Positions 17,094 to 26,174 of a stretch of DNA of 64,000 bases are shown in pieces. The stretch is from Candidatus Hadarchaeales archaeon. Lineage in GTDB: Archaea; Hadarchaeota; Hadarchaeia; Hadarchaeales; Hadarchaeaceae. Every line of letters starts with the position of its first letter. Positions within the stretch are counted from its first letter, which is position 1. Location: assembly GCA_038872135.1 (NCBI GenBank), contig JAVZGN010000001.1:147-64146 (forward strand). The letters run 5' to 3'. Both the position numbers and the translations under genes were made by a program. Below the pieces are notes generated by a model that was not told the origin of the DNA, did not search any database, and saw nothing but the letters and a program-made list of their open reading frames with translations.

Positions 17094-17773
17094 ACAATGT
17101 GCTTCTGATAGGCGTGGGACATGTGATCCCAAAGAGTCTAGAGGAGGTCAGAACCAAGATTTTGGAGGAGCGCCCAGACATCGTTGCAGTGGAGCTGTGC
17201 CCTGCCAGGTATGCGGCTTTGGTAGGCGGTGTGGGGAGCTCCAGGAGCAGTCCGGCAGATCCTCTTTCATGGTTTCTTGGCCTTCTTCAGGAGAAGTTCT
17301 CATCTCAGACTGGAATGCCGGCGGGGAGGGAGATGGTAGCGGCCGTTGACAGCGCAAAGCAGATCGGAGCAGCGGTAGTTCTAATGGACCAGAATATCTT
17401 GGCCACGATAGAGCGGCTGTATTCGCTTATGCCTTTGAGGGAAAAGTTTCTCCTGTTAGTTCACATATTGTTTGCCCTTCTCCCATTTCACAGAAAAATA
17501 GATATGGAAGCGCTGACAGAGGAGGCCGTTGCACAGAATCTTGTAGAAAGGTTTCGGAAATTTTTCCCGACAGCAGCCAGAATTTTGATCGATGAGCGTG
17601 ATGAGTACATGGTGATGAAACTTCTCCCCGTTCTCTCGAGTGGCAAAAAAATCGTTTGCGTCGTTGGTGCCGCGCACATCTTTGGCATGGAGAGACTTCT
17701 GGCGGAGAATTTAAGGGAAGTTGAGAAGAAATTCTGGTGGAGGGAGAAAATAGAATTCAAGGGGGGAGGCTGA
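17078..17773 (+). CDS. TraB/PrgY family protein
   Basis: The N-terminus LIGVGHVIPKSLEEVRTKILEERPDIVAVELC is typical of the TraB/Tiki family. Confidence 0.6.
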   Translation: MLRKINNVLLIGVGHVIPKSLEEVRTKILEERPDIVAVELCPARYAALVGGVGSSRSSPADPLSWFLGLLQEKFSSQTGMPAGREMVAAVDSAKQIGAAVVLMDQNILATIERLYSLMPLREKFLLLVHILFALLPFHRKIDMEALTEEAVAQNLVERFRKFFPTAARILIDERDEYMVMKLLPVLSSGKKIVCVVGAAHIFGMERLLAENLREVEKKFWWREKIEFKGGG

Positions 17774-18496
17774 ATGTTGGAAACCATTTTACTCGCCACG
17801 CTTCTTCTGAGCAGCGTTTCCTTCATCGGGCTTTTGTTTTTTTACTTCAGGGAAAAATCGATTGAGGTCATAATGCTCCCTTTCACCGGGCTCTCTTCTG
17901 GGATCCTTCTTTCTGTGGCATTCTTTTATCCACTCTCGGTCTCCCTCCCGAGAATAGTCACCCCCCAGCTGTGCTTTTCAATCCTCCTCTTCGGTTTCAC
18001 AATCTTTTTTGTGCTTGAGAAGATCTTCTACTGGCATCACTTTCACGAAGGTCTTCGGGAAATCTGGCCGTACACTCCGCTTAATCTTCTCGGGGATTCT
18101 ATACACAATCTCTTGCTTGGGCTCGGGCTTACCGCAGTTTTCCTCCTTTCCCGAGCTGCTGGGTGGATAACTCTTCTGGCGCTCCTCATCCACGCGATAC
18201 CTCAGGAGCTGAGCGACTTCGCCCTTCTCATTCACGGAGGGCTTGGAAAATGGAGGGCGCTTGGGGCAAGCTTCGGCTCAGGTCTATTTTTTGTCGTTGG
18301 CGGTCTTGTTGGGATCATCCTTCCTCCAGTCACCAATCAATATCTGGCGGCGGTTCTGGCTGGAGAGATGATTTACTCTGGAGCCGTAGATTTGGTTCCC
18401 AGGAGGCTGGAGGCGAGAGAGAGGGCCGTTATAAGGCTAGCTTTCTTTTTGATCGGGATTATTCCGACTCTCATGCTTTCGATTTATTTTGGCTGA
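17774..18496 (+). CDS. ZIP-family divalent metal (zinc/iron) permease, ZupT-like
   Basis: It is a polytopic membrane protein with ZIP signature helices (GDSIHNLLLGLGL and LIHAIPQELSDFALL). Confidence 0.7.
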   Translation: MLETILLATLLLSSVSFIGLLFFYFREKSIEVIMLPFTGLSSGILLSVAFFYPLSVSLPRIVTPQLCFSILLFGFTIFFVLEKIFYWHHFHEGLREIWPYTPLNLLGDSIHNLLLGLGLTAVFLLSRAAGWITLLALLIHAIPQELSDFALLIHGGLGKWRALGASFGSGLFFVVGGLVGIILPPVTNQYLAAVLAGEMIYSGAVDLVPRRLEARERAVIRLAFFLIGIIPTLMLSIYFG

Positions 18497-18506
18497 CGGT
18501 GCTGTT

Positions 18507-18551
18507 TTTCTCCCTTTATAAGCAACTTCCTCACAAAACTTTGGCGGGAAA
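18507..18551 (+). promoter_or_regulatory. archaeal promoter (BRE-TATA, CCCTTTATAA) plus a conserved 23-nt element CCTCACAAAACTTTGGCGGGAAA, copy 1
   Basis: The 23-nt block is identical to 19013-19035. In both copies it lies 8-9 nt downstream of a TTATAA box and therefore overlaps the predicted transcription start. Confidence 0.55.
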
Positions 18552-18576
18552 AGGAGAAATAGGAGGTGAAAGAAAG

Positions 18577-18933
18577 ATGGTATTGATGGACATCCTTCAG
18601 GCTTTTGGGGCGATCACCCTTCCGATAATTGTCACAGTTATCCTGAGCAACCGGCAGACCCAGAGGATAATCGAAACGACTACAGCACAGACCCACCAGA
18701 TCCTCTCGGAGATAAAGAAGGTCCAGGAGGACATTTCATGCACACTCAAGAAGGTCAGGAGAATCCAGCAGGACACTACTTGTCTCCTTAAGAAAGTTGA
18801 CTTGGGCCTCAGGGCAAATGCTGTCATGCATGGCTGGAAGAGAGTCGATGGATTGACTCCTGAAGAGGCGAGAAAGCTCCCTGAGCCAAAAGTCTACGAT
18901 GAAGAGCTGAAAATTTGCTATCATAAATCTTGA
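18577..18933 (+). CDS. small N-terminally membrane-anchored protein of unknown function
   Basis: An AGGAGGTGA ribosome-binding site precedes the ATG at 18577. The 119-aa product has one N-terminal TM helix and a charged helical tail. The longer tracked ORF at 18163 is the out-of-phase 5' extension. Confidence 0.4.
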   Translation: MVLMDILQAFGAITLPIIVTVILSNRQTQRIIETTTAQTHQILSEIKKVQEDISCTLKKVRRIQQDTTCLLKKVDLGLRANAVMHGWKRVDGLTPEEARKLPEPKVYDEELKICYHKS

Positions 18934-18989
18934 TCTTTCCACCGCTGGCTTTGAGGGAAAACTGTGCCAAACTCCGGAAAACCCGGGAT

Positions 18990-19035
18990 TTTTCTTCCCT
19001 TATAAATAACCTCCTCACAAAACTTTGGCGGGAAA
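18990..19035 (+). promoter_or_regulatory. archaeal promoter (CCCTTATAAATA) plus the same conserved 23-nt element, copy 2
   Basis: It is a second copy of the BRE/TATA plus CCTCACAAAACTTTGGCGGGAAA block and ends 4 nt before the ATG of the zinc-ribbon micro-ORF. Confidence 0.55.
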
Positions 19036-19038
19036 GAA

Positions 19039-19149
19039 ATGATGGAAAATCCCACTGTTTGTAAGGGATGCGGCCTCTTCTACATCTACCCGGCCCATCT
19101 AGACGTGAAAAACAATCCCTGCCCTAGGTGCGGCCATCTCAACGCCTGA
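19039..19149 (+). CDS. 36-aa zinc-ribbon micro-protein (CxxC...CxxC)
   Basis: The product is MMENPTVCKGCGLFYIYPAHLDVKNNPCPRCGHLNA. It lies downstream of the duplicated promoter element and is too short for the ORF track. Confidence 0.4.
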   Translation: MMENPTVCKGCGLFYIYPAHLDVKNNPCPRCGHLNA

Positions 19150-19153
19150 GAGA

Positions 19154-19822
19154 TCATTTCATCCCGAGGATAACGTGAAGCTGCGGCACGACTCTGAAAG
19201 TTAGTCCCCTTTTCAGGCAGTAATCTGCCAGCGTTTTCGCCCGGCCGATGTAGTCCCCCCCACTGATGTTGGCTGGTTGCAGGAAAACTCGGGAAGGGGA
19301 CACCATTCTTCTAGCGATGAATCTTTCAACTTCAGGGACATCCTCCTCAGGCCGAACGACAACAAACTTGAAATACCATTCCTTCGCATGTTTCACCCAC
19401 TCGAAATCGCCGTAGTCTACAACCTGCTCAGAGTTCTTCAGCTTCGGGGAGATGCTCCAGACATCTATGGCATCTACAAGCTCTCGGGAAGGAGCAACAG
19501 TGCCGTTTGTTTCGATGAGTAGCTTCTCTGGTCTGAGTTCTCGGCATAGCTCTAAAATTTCTTTGGAATCTTGTAGCAGAGGTTCACCTCCAGTGAGAAC
19601 AACAAGCTCAGCCGGAAGCAGTTTCTCGATTTCATGAATCAACTCTTTGACTTCCACCAGGCGCCCACATCCCCACGAATATTTGGTGTCACAAAAGGAG
19701 CATCTGAGGTTGCAGCGGGAGAACCTCACAAAGACTGCAGTAGCTCCAACATAGGCTCCCTCACCCATAATGCTCTTGAAGACTTCGGTTACCTCAAGCA
19801 TCTCTTTCCTTTTCTTCTTCAA
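19154..19822 (-). CDS. queE: 7-carboxy-7-deazaguanine synthase QueE (radical SAM)
   Basis: It has the QueE-type cluster motif CNLRCSFCDTKY within the conserved IMGEGAYVGATAVFVRFSRC context. Confidence 0.75.
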   Translation of the reverse strand: MKKKRKEMLEVTEVFKSIMGEGAYVGATAVFVRFSRCNLRCSFCDTKYSWGCGRLVEVKELIHEIEKLLPAELVVLTGGEPLLQDSKEILELCRELRPEKLLIETNGTVAPSRELVDAIDVWSISPKLKNSEQVVDYGDFEWVKHAKEWYFKFVVVRPEEDVPEVERFIARRMVSPSRVFLQPANISGGDYIGRAKTLADYCLKRGLTFRVVPQLHVILGMK

Positions 19823-19892
19823 AACATAAGAGCTTCACCATCGAAAGCACCGATGGGATTTTAAGCCAAAGGGAAAAGCAACTCTTGGTTGA

Positions 19893-20822
19893 ATGGGGAC
19901 GGGCACAGGCTACGGAAAGGTTATCCTCTTCAACGAACACTTTGTCGGCTATGGGATTCCATCAATAGTGTCCGCGTTTGATAGGAAAACCACCTGCACA
20001 GTAGAAAGGGTGGCGGGGTCGGGGTGGACACTTCAGGATGAAAGACCAGAAACCCCCGGCTACAAGGCTGAGAAGCTCCATCAGCAGAGAGAATCCATTG
20101 ACCGCATACTTTCGGCGATGGGGATAGACCTCTCAACAACCGGCCTCAAGATAATTTTCGGCGGTGATCTGGTGGCGGCTAGCGGGGTCGGTGCCAGCGC
20201 AGCATCGTGTGTGGCTCTAGCCCGAGCTCTTTCTAATGAATTCGGTCTCAATCTAAACGACGACAGAATAAACGAAATCGCCTATGAGGGGGAAAAAGCA
20301 TATCACGGTGCACCCTCTGGTGTTGACAACACCGCCGCAACCTATGGTGGGCTTCTGTGGTTTGTGAAGGGAAAGCCAATCGAGAGAATTTCCATCAAGC
20401 GGCCCGTTGAAGTTGTGATAGGAAACACAGGGATAGTGGCAGATACATCGAAGGTCGTAGCGGGAGTGAGGGAAAGAAAGGAGAAATTCCCGGAAAAGTA
20501 TGCGAGAATCTTCAGAGAGGCAGAAGAGGTGGTGTATGAGGCTAGAAGTGCTCTTGAGAATTTTGATCTGAAGAGGGTCGGGGAATTGATGAACAAAAAT
20601 CATGAGTTGCTTCAAGCCATTGAGGTTTCTTGCAAGGAGCTCGATTTTCTAGTGGAGCTTTCTAGAAGAGAAGGGGCTTTTGGGGCAAAGTTAACTGGCG
20701 GAGGATGTGGAGGAAACATGGTGGCGCTTACTCCAGGGAAGGAGCTTCAGGAGAAAGTGGCGAGGGCAATTGAAAGAGAGGGCTTCGAAACACTTAGAAC
20801 GATGATAGGGGTGAGATCTTGA
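19893..20822 (+). CDS. mvk: mevalonate kinase (GHMP kinase family)
   Basis: It has the GHMP motifs YGKVILFNEHFVGYG and ASGVGASAASCVA. It is 4-nt coupled to the downstream UbiD-family gene. Confidence 0.7.
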   Translation: MGTGTGYGKVILFNEHFVGYGIPSIVSAFDRKTTCTVERVAGSGWTLQDERPETPGYKAEKLHQQRESIDRILSAMGIDLSTTGLKIIFGGDLVAASGVGASAASCVALARALSNEFGLNLNDDRINEIAYEGEKAYHGAPSGVDNTAATYGGLLWFVKGKPIERISIKRPVEVVIGNTGIVADTSKVVAGVRERKEKFPEKYARIFREAEEVVYEARSALENFDLKRVGELMNKNHELLQAIEVSCKELDFLVELSRREGAFGAKLTGGGCGGNMVALTPGKELQEKVARAIEREGFETLRTMIGVRS

Positions 20823-22090
20823 ATTTTCGAGAGTTCTTGAAATTTCTGGATGAAAAAGGGCTTTTGATAAAAATAAGGCGCCCCGTAGATGTGAATCTAG
20901 AAGCATCCACAATAATAAGAATGCTTAATGACAGGCCCCTCCTGTTTGAAAATGTCAAGGGCCATTCGATGCCGGTGGCAGCAAACATCTGCTCGACAAG
21001 AGAAACTGTGGCGCTAGGGCTTGGGATAAAACCGAATGAAATCATCTTAAAACTTGCCAGCGCCATAGACCACCCAAAGGAGCCAGATGTTGTTGAAGCC
21101 ACCGATTACCGTGAAATTCCCCCGGACCTCTCAAAGCTCCCTATTCTCTTCCATTACCCGTTTGATGGTGGCCCTTACATCTCCTCAGGAGTTGTCATCG
21201 CCAGAGACCTAGAACTTGGAACAAACGCTTCTTTCCACAGGATGATGGTCATCGGGAAAGACAGAGTCGTCGTAAGAATTCTGCCTAGGGATTTCGATGC
21301 TTTTCTCAAGCGGGGAAACAAAGAATTTGCCGTCTGCATCGGAAATCCCGTTCAGGTCCTTGTGGCCGCCGCTGTTTCCGTTGAGCTGGGGAAAAGCGAA
21401 TTGAGCATTGCAAATTCTCTAGCAAAAACAGAGCTGGTAAGACTAGACGGCCACGAAGTTCCCCAGGCAGAAATAGTGATGATAGCAGAGATTACCGGTG
21501 AGGAGCATGATGAGGGGCCTTTTCTGGATCTTACGGAGACCCCGGACATCGTGAGGAAGCAGAGGGTCGCAAGAATAAAGAAGATCTACACAAAGGAGAA
21601 CCCAATTTACCACGCCCTTCTTCCGGGCGGTCTCGAGCACAAGATTTTAATGGGGATGCCAAGGGAGCCTACCATCTTCAGGGAGGTCAGCAAAGTCTGT
21701 GAGTGCATGGATGTCCTGATAACTCCTGGCGGCTGCTCATGGCTCCATGCTGTGGTAAAAATAAAGAAGAAGGCCCCCGACGATGGGAGAAAAGCAATAG
21801 AGGCTGCATTCAGAGGCCATAAATCTCTCAAGCATGTGTGGGTTGTCGATGAAGACATAAACATCCATGACCCGCGGGAAGTCGAGTGGGCGATGGCGAC
21901 GAGATTTCAAGGGGATCGAGATATAATAATGAAAAGAGAGCCGGGATCATCTCTTGATCCATCGTCCGACTTGGAGACAAGGATGACAACAAAGCTGGGT
22001 TTTGATTTGACCATCCCTTGGGACAGGGATCCAAAAGATTTCATCAAGCCCGGTCCACCTTTGAAACTTGACATTAACGACTATCTCTGA
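20819..22090 (+). CDS. UbiD-family decarboxylase, candidate trans-anhydromevalonate-5-phosphate decarboxylase of the archaeal mevalonate pathway
   Basis: The 423-aa product has UbiD-family architecture. It is operonic with mevalonate kinase, as in the archaea-type mevalonate pathway. Confidence 0.75.
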   Translation: MNFREFLKFLDEKGLLIKIRRPVDVNLEASTIIRMLNDRPLLFENVKGHSMPVAANICSTRETVALGLGIKPNEIILKLASAIDHPKEPDVVEATDYREIPPDLSKLPILFHYPFDGGPYISSGVVIARDLELGTNASFHRMMVIGKDRVVVRILPRDFDAFLKRGNKEFAVCIGNPVQVLVAAAVSVELGKSELSIANSLAKTELVRLDGHEVPQAEIVMIAEITGEEHDEGPFLDLTETPDIVRKQRVARIKKIYTKENPIYHALLPGGLEHKILMGMPREPTIFREVSKVCECMDVLITPGGCSWLHAVVKIKKKAPDDGRKAIEAAFRGHKSLKHVWVVDEDINIHDPREVEWAMATRFQGDRDIIMKREPGSSLDPSSDLETRMTTKLGFDLTIPWDRDPKDFIKPGPPLKLDINDYL

Positions 22091-22159
22091 AACTGCCGAT
22101 TATGCCATCCTTTCGGCCTAAGCTGTGGAGGTGGCATCTAAGCCCGTTATATATCCAAA

Positions 22160-24175
22160 ATGGAGAGTAATATCGGGATACTTCTGCAGCCAGAAAAGAA
22201 TATGGTTAAGGGGCAGCCGGCGGGGGGCGAAAAAGCGCAAGAGCCCGGACCCCTGGAGGAGGATCTCCTTCTGGCCGAGCTGGACAAAAAGCTTGAGGAG
22301 AAGGAGGCGCAGGTGGAAGAGCAAGCATCCTCCACGCCGGAACCCATTCAAGAGAGTGCAATCCCAGAAGCTCCAGCAGGCACCACCGGTGAATCAGAGG
22401 CAGAGGATAAAACTTTGGGAGCCCCAGATGCCGAGGAGGACGCATTTCTAAATGAGCTCTTGGGAGTTATTGAGGAGAAAGAAACTTCGACAGGATCAAC
22501 CGCGGTACCAACCACCCCGGTGGAAGTGCAGGCCGAGGCGGTGGGAGAAGAAGTCGTAGAGGAGGTACCGGTGGATGCCGGGGAAGCGATAAGATCGATC
22601 GTGGCAGCGGAAGATGAGATAGTGAAAGAGCTTGGAGAAAAATATTCCGCTCTAGAGCAGGTGAGGGCCCCCCAGGAGTTCCTTGAGTTTTGCACTTTCG
22701 AGATTCCTCCCGGCTATAGAGAGCTGGAGAGGTACTGGATCACAAGACCGTATGTCTGGGCCGCGATCCTCTACTCCCCGGAAAGGAATGAAAGGCTCTA
22801 CTACTTGGTAGAGCCAAGTCTGACCCCTGGGGAAAAGATGGCTCTTGAGCGACTGCATGAACATCTGATAGACAGGCTCGTCTACACAGGAAAGGTTAAG
22901 GACAGAGACAGGGCCATCGCCATCAAAGTTGGGGAGCTGCTTAAGGAATATGGTATAACTCTCACATCAAAATCACTGAAAAAAATTCTTTACTACCTGA
23001 AGAGGAACTACATAGGATATGGTAAAATAGATGGCCTTCTTAGAGATCCAAACATTGAGGATATTTCGTGCGACGGTCTGAATGTTCCGATATTCATTTA
23101 CAGCAGGAGATATCAAAGTTTAAGAACAAACATCATTTTTACAGATTCAACTGAACTTGACCTTTTCGTCATAAGGCTTGTAGAAAAGGCGGGAAAGCAG
23201 ATAACCTTTGGGAAGCCAACAGTTGATGCCGCTCTCCCAGAGGGCTATAGGCTGCAGGCAACTCTTGGGACGGAGGTAACAACGAGAGGCAGCTCATTTT
23301 CTATCAGAAAATATTCTGAGGAACCATTTACTCCGATAGACCTTCTCGCCTACGGCACCTTCTCTGCAGAGATGCTCGCTTACCTCTGGCTTGCAACTGA
23401 AAACAAGAAAAACATCTTTGTGGTTGGGGGAACAGCCAGCGGGAAGACATCAACCCTGAATGCCCTCTCGATGTTTATCTGGCCCGATGCCAAAATCGTT
23501 AGCATAGAGGACACAAGAGAGCTCGCCCTTTATCAGGAGAACTGGATTCCGAGCATCACCCGCCCGGCACCTGGAGAAAAGGCAATAGAAATGTTCGACC
23601 TCCTCAGGCAGGCCCTCCGACAAAGACCCGAAGTCATCATAGTGGGAGAGGTCAGGGGAAAGGAAGCTCTGACGATGTTCCAGGCAATGTCCACAGGCCA
23701 CACCTGTTATTCGACCATGCACGCAGGTTCCATCCAGGAAATGGTCCACAGGCTTGAGGGAGAGCCGATAAATGTTCCCCATCACATGCTTGCGGCCCTA
23801 GATATCGTCTGTCTCCAACTCCTGACCTACTATCGGGACCAAAGGGTCAGGAGAAACCAGAGCATAGTCGAAATAGTGGGAATAGACCCAAGCACCGGGG
23901 CCCTCCGAACAAACAGAATTTTCGAAAGAAACCCCCTCACAGACGAGTTCGAGAGGGTTGGAGAATCCCAGGTTCTCAGGGAGATAGCGAGGGAGAGAGG
24001 CTGGAGTGCATTGGAGCTGGAGCGGGAACTCAAGCGAAGGCAGCAGGTTCTGGAGTTTCTCTACAAAAATAATATCAGGCGACTGCATGAGGTAGCTATC
24101 ATATTCAGGCAGTACTATTTTGAGCCAGAGAAGGTCATGGAGCAGATTATTTCGGGAAAGCTCAGTGTTGAGTAA
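22160..24175 (+). CDS. type II/IV secretion-system ATPase (FlaI/PilB/VirB11 superfamily) with a long acidic N-terminal extension
   Basis: The Walker A motif is VVGGTASGKTSTLNAL and the Asp/His boxes are characteristic of secretion ATPases. The first roughly 150 aa are E/A/P-rich and low-complexity. Confidence 0.8.
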   Translation: MESNIGILLQPEKNMVKGQPAGGEKAQEPGPLEEDLLLAELDKKLEEKEAQVEEQASSTPEPIQESAIPEAPAGTTGESEAEDKTLGAPDAEEDAFLNELLGVIEEKETSTGSTAVPTTPVEVQAEAVGEEVVEEVPVDAGEAIRSIVAAEDEIVKELGEKYSALEQVRAPQEFLEFCTFEIPPGYRELERYWITRPYVWAAILYSPERNERLYYLVEPSLTPGEKMALERLHEHLIDRLVYTGKVKDRDRAIAIKVGELLKEYGITLTSKSLKKILYYLKRNYIGYGKIDGLLRDPNIEDISCDGLNVPIFIYSRRYQSLRTNIIFTDSTELDLFVIRLVEKAGKQITFGKPTVDAALPEGYRLQATLGTEVTTRGSSFSIRKYSEEPFTPIDLLAYGTFSAEMLAYLWLATENKKNIFVVGGTASGKTSTLNALSMFIWPDAKIVSIEDTRELALYQENWIPSITRPAPGEKAIEMFDLLRQALRQRPEVIIVGEVRGKEALTMFQAMSTGHTCYSTMHAGSIQEMVHRLEGEPINVPHHMLAALDIVCLQLLTYYRDQRVRRNQSIVEIVGIDPSTGALRTNRIFERNPLTDEFERVGESQVLREIARERGWSALELERELKRRQQVLEFLYKNNIRRLHEVAIIFRQYYFEPEKVMEQIISGKLSVE

Positions 24176-24178
24176 TGG

Positions 24179-24739
24179 CTATAACAGCACGACTCTGTCC
24201 CCCACAGCGAATGTTTTGTTAGAGATGTGCAAAAGCGGCTTCACTCTTTTGGCGTTTAGCATTCCATCTTCCACCGCATTTTCATCAGCATGAGCAACCA
24301 GAACCCTCCCTGCAATCACCACATACTCTGGTCCTTTATACATCCACTCAAGCTTACACTCAAAGTTCACCGGGCATTCCACAACTCTCGGCGGCTTCAC
24401 CTTCTCCGATGGCTCCCATGCCAACTTTGCCTTTTCTAGCTCATTCACCCCCCGGGGAAAGCTCTTCCCGCAGATGTACATTTTTTCCTTTATTGATTCC
24501 GGGACGAGGTTTACAACAAACTCTTCAGTTTCGCAGATGTTGTGGTAGGTGTCGCTCTCATAGCTGGTGGAAAAGGCGATGATCGGGGGCTCCGATTCTA
24601 CCGGTGTTACCCAAGACATTGGCGCCGCATTTATTCTCCCCTGCTTGTCGACCGTCGTTATCAGAACCACCGGCCTAGGCCCCAAGAGCTTGTAGGCGTT
24701 TTTCAATTCAACCCGCATTCTTTCAAAATTTTTACCCAT
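24179..24739 (-). CDS. flavin reductase-like FMN-binding protein (split-barrel)
   Basis: The motif VVLITTVDKQGRINAAPMSWVTPVESEPPIIAFS is typical of the flavin-reductase domain. Confidence 0.7.
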   Translation of the reverse strand: MGKNFERMRVELKNAYKLLGPRPVVLITTVDKQGRINAAPMSWVTPVESEPPIIAFSTSYESDTYHNICETEEFVVNLVPESIKEKMYICGKSFPRGVNELEKAKLAWEPSEKVKPPRVVECPVNFECKLEWMYKGPEYVVIAGRVLVAHADENAVEDGMLNAKRVKPLLHISNKTFAVGDRVVLL

Positions 24740-24777
24740 CCACTAAAGTTAAACCTTTCTGTTGGCAGGATAAAGAT

Positions 24778-25974
24778 GTGAATGACCTCGAGATATTCCT
24801 GGTGGCCGTTGCGGCGATCTGGGCGCTTGTTCTCATAACCTACAAAAAATTTGATCTCAAGAAAAGGGGTTTTTCAATCTATCCGTACATGGCCACATTG
24901 ATGTGGAGAACGGAGAGGGGCCTCCACACGATGGACAGAATAGCAAAGAGGTGGAGAAGCAGATGGCTCTTCTTCGGCAATCTGGCAATATTTCTGGGAG
25001 TGTTTTTCATGCTTTTTGTCACAATAAACCTTCTTCTGAATGCAATTATCAACCTCACCACGCCAAGAGCAATGCCCGGTGTGGCGTTTGTCGTCCCTGG
25101 CCTCATCCCAGGGCTGACTGTTATCATATGGCTGATAGTTATCGGGGTTGTGCTCGGCTTCCACGAGTTCTTCCATGGGTTTTTGCTCAGAGCTCAGAAT
25201 CTGAGGACAAAGTCGATAGGGCTGATGCTCTTTCTTTTCATTCCTGGAGCATTTGTTGAACCGGACGAGAAAAGGCTGATGAAAGCTAAACCTAAGGCCA
25301 GGGCCAGAATGTTTGCTGCCGGCCCGATCAGCAATGTTGTGACATCATTTCTTTTTCTCTGTATAATCCTGGCGCTTGTAGCTCCAAAGCCAGGGGTTTA
25401 CGTTTATGGTGTGGCAAAAGGTTATCCGGCCGAAAACATTCCAGTTGGTGCCAGAATCGTCATGCTTGACAACTTTTATGTGGAGACCATCGAGAACTAT
25501 GATAACTTTTTCTATGGAAAAAAGCCTGGGGAGAATGTGAGGGTCGAGACAGATACTGACAACTTTCATCTTACGCTGAAGCAGTATCCAGGCAATGAGA
25601 ATATTGGAACGATCGGAGCAGTAGTGATGCGTGCTGTTCCTCCCTATCAGTTTCTCAACCCTCTTTTCATGCTGAGTTCGACCGCAGCAGTTATACTGGG
25701 GGCTCCAGTTTTCCACCCCATTGTTTACTCCTCGGTCGTCCCATTTGTGGTGATTGATGTTTTGAAGTGGATTTTTGTTCTGAGTCTTGGTGTCGGGCTT
25801 TTCAACCTTCTGCCAGCGAAGCCCTTAGATGGGGGCTATGTGCTTGAAGCACTTTTGGAGCTGAAGATATCAAGGGAGAAAGCGAGAAAGGTTGTTAAAG
25901 CCACATCCTACCTAGTGCTGATCCTGATAATAATAAATATTGCCACGCCATATCTCCGGGCGGTGCTTTCATGA
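24778..25974 (+). CDS. site-2 protease (M50-family intramembrane zinc metalloprotease)
   Basis: The HExxH motif (GFHEFFHGF) lies in a TM segment, and the protein has multiple TM helices. It starts with GTG. Confidence 0.75.
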   Translation: MNDLEIFLVAVAAIWALVLITYKKFDLKKRGFSIYPYMATLMWRTERGLHTMDRIAKRWRSRWLFFGNLAIFLGVFFMLFVTINLLLNAIINLTTPRAMPGVAFVVPGLIPGLTVIIWLIVIGVVLGFHEFFHGFLLRAQNLRTKSIGLMLFLFIPGAFVEPDEKRLMKAKPKARARMFAAGPISNVVTSFLFLCIILALVAPKPGVYVYGVAKGYPAENIPVGARIVMLDNFYVETIENYDNFFYGKKPGENVRVETDTDNFHLTLKQYPGNENIGTIGAVVMRAVPPYQFLNPLFMLSSTAAVILGAPVFHPIVYSSVVPFVVIDVLKWIFVLSLGVGLFNLLPAKPLDGGYVLEALLELKISREKARKVVKATSYLVLILIIINIATPYLRAVLS

Positions 25975-26174
25975 AAATATGTGTGCGCTTTTTTGGAGGA
26001 GAGGAAAAAATCGTGGAGCTCCCAGATGGCGCGAAAATCTTGGATCTGCTGAAGGAACTTGGAATAAACAGGGAAACGATATTGGTAAAGATGGATGGAA
26101 AAATTGTTCCGGAGGAAGAGGAGCTAAGGAACGGGGCGGAGGTAACAATATTTCATGTGGTGACGGGCGGTTGA
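25971..26174 (+). CDS. small archaeal modifier/sulfur-carrier protein (ThiS/MoaD-like, ends with Gly-Gly)
   Basis: The 67-aa beta-grasp-like product ends ...VTIFHVVTGG followed by the stop. It lies directly upstream of TtuA/NcsA. Confidence 0.65.
   Translation: MKICVRFFGGEEKIVELPDGAKILDLLKELGINRETILVKMDGKIVPEEEELRNGAEVTIFHVVTGG

Noticed and set aside
18163-18576. Long 5' extension of the ORF 18163-18933 overlapping the ZIP permease in another frame
   Set aside because: It overlaps a well-supported ZIP gene out of frame. A strong AGGAGGTGA ribosome-binding site and an ATG at 18577, downstream of a promoter element, define the real 119-aa gene.
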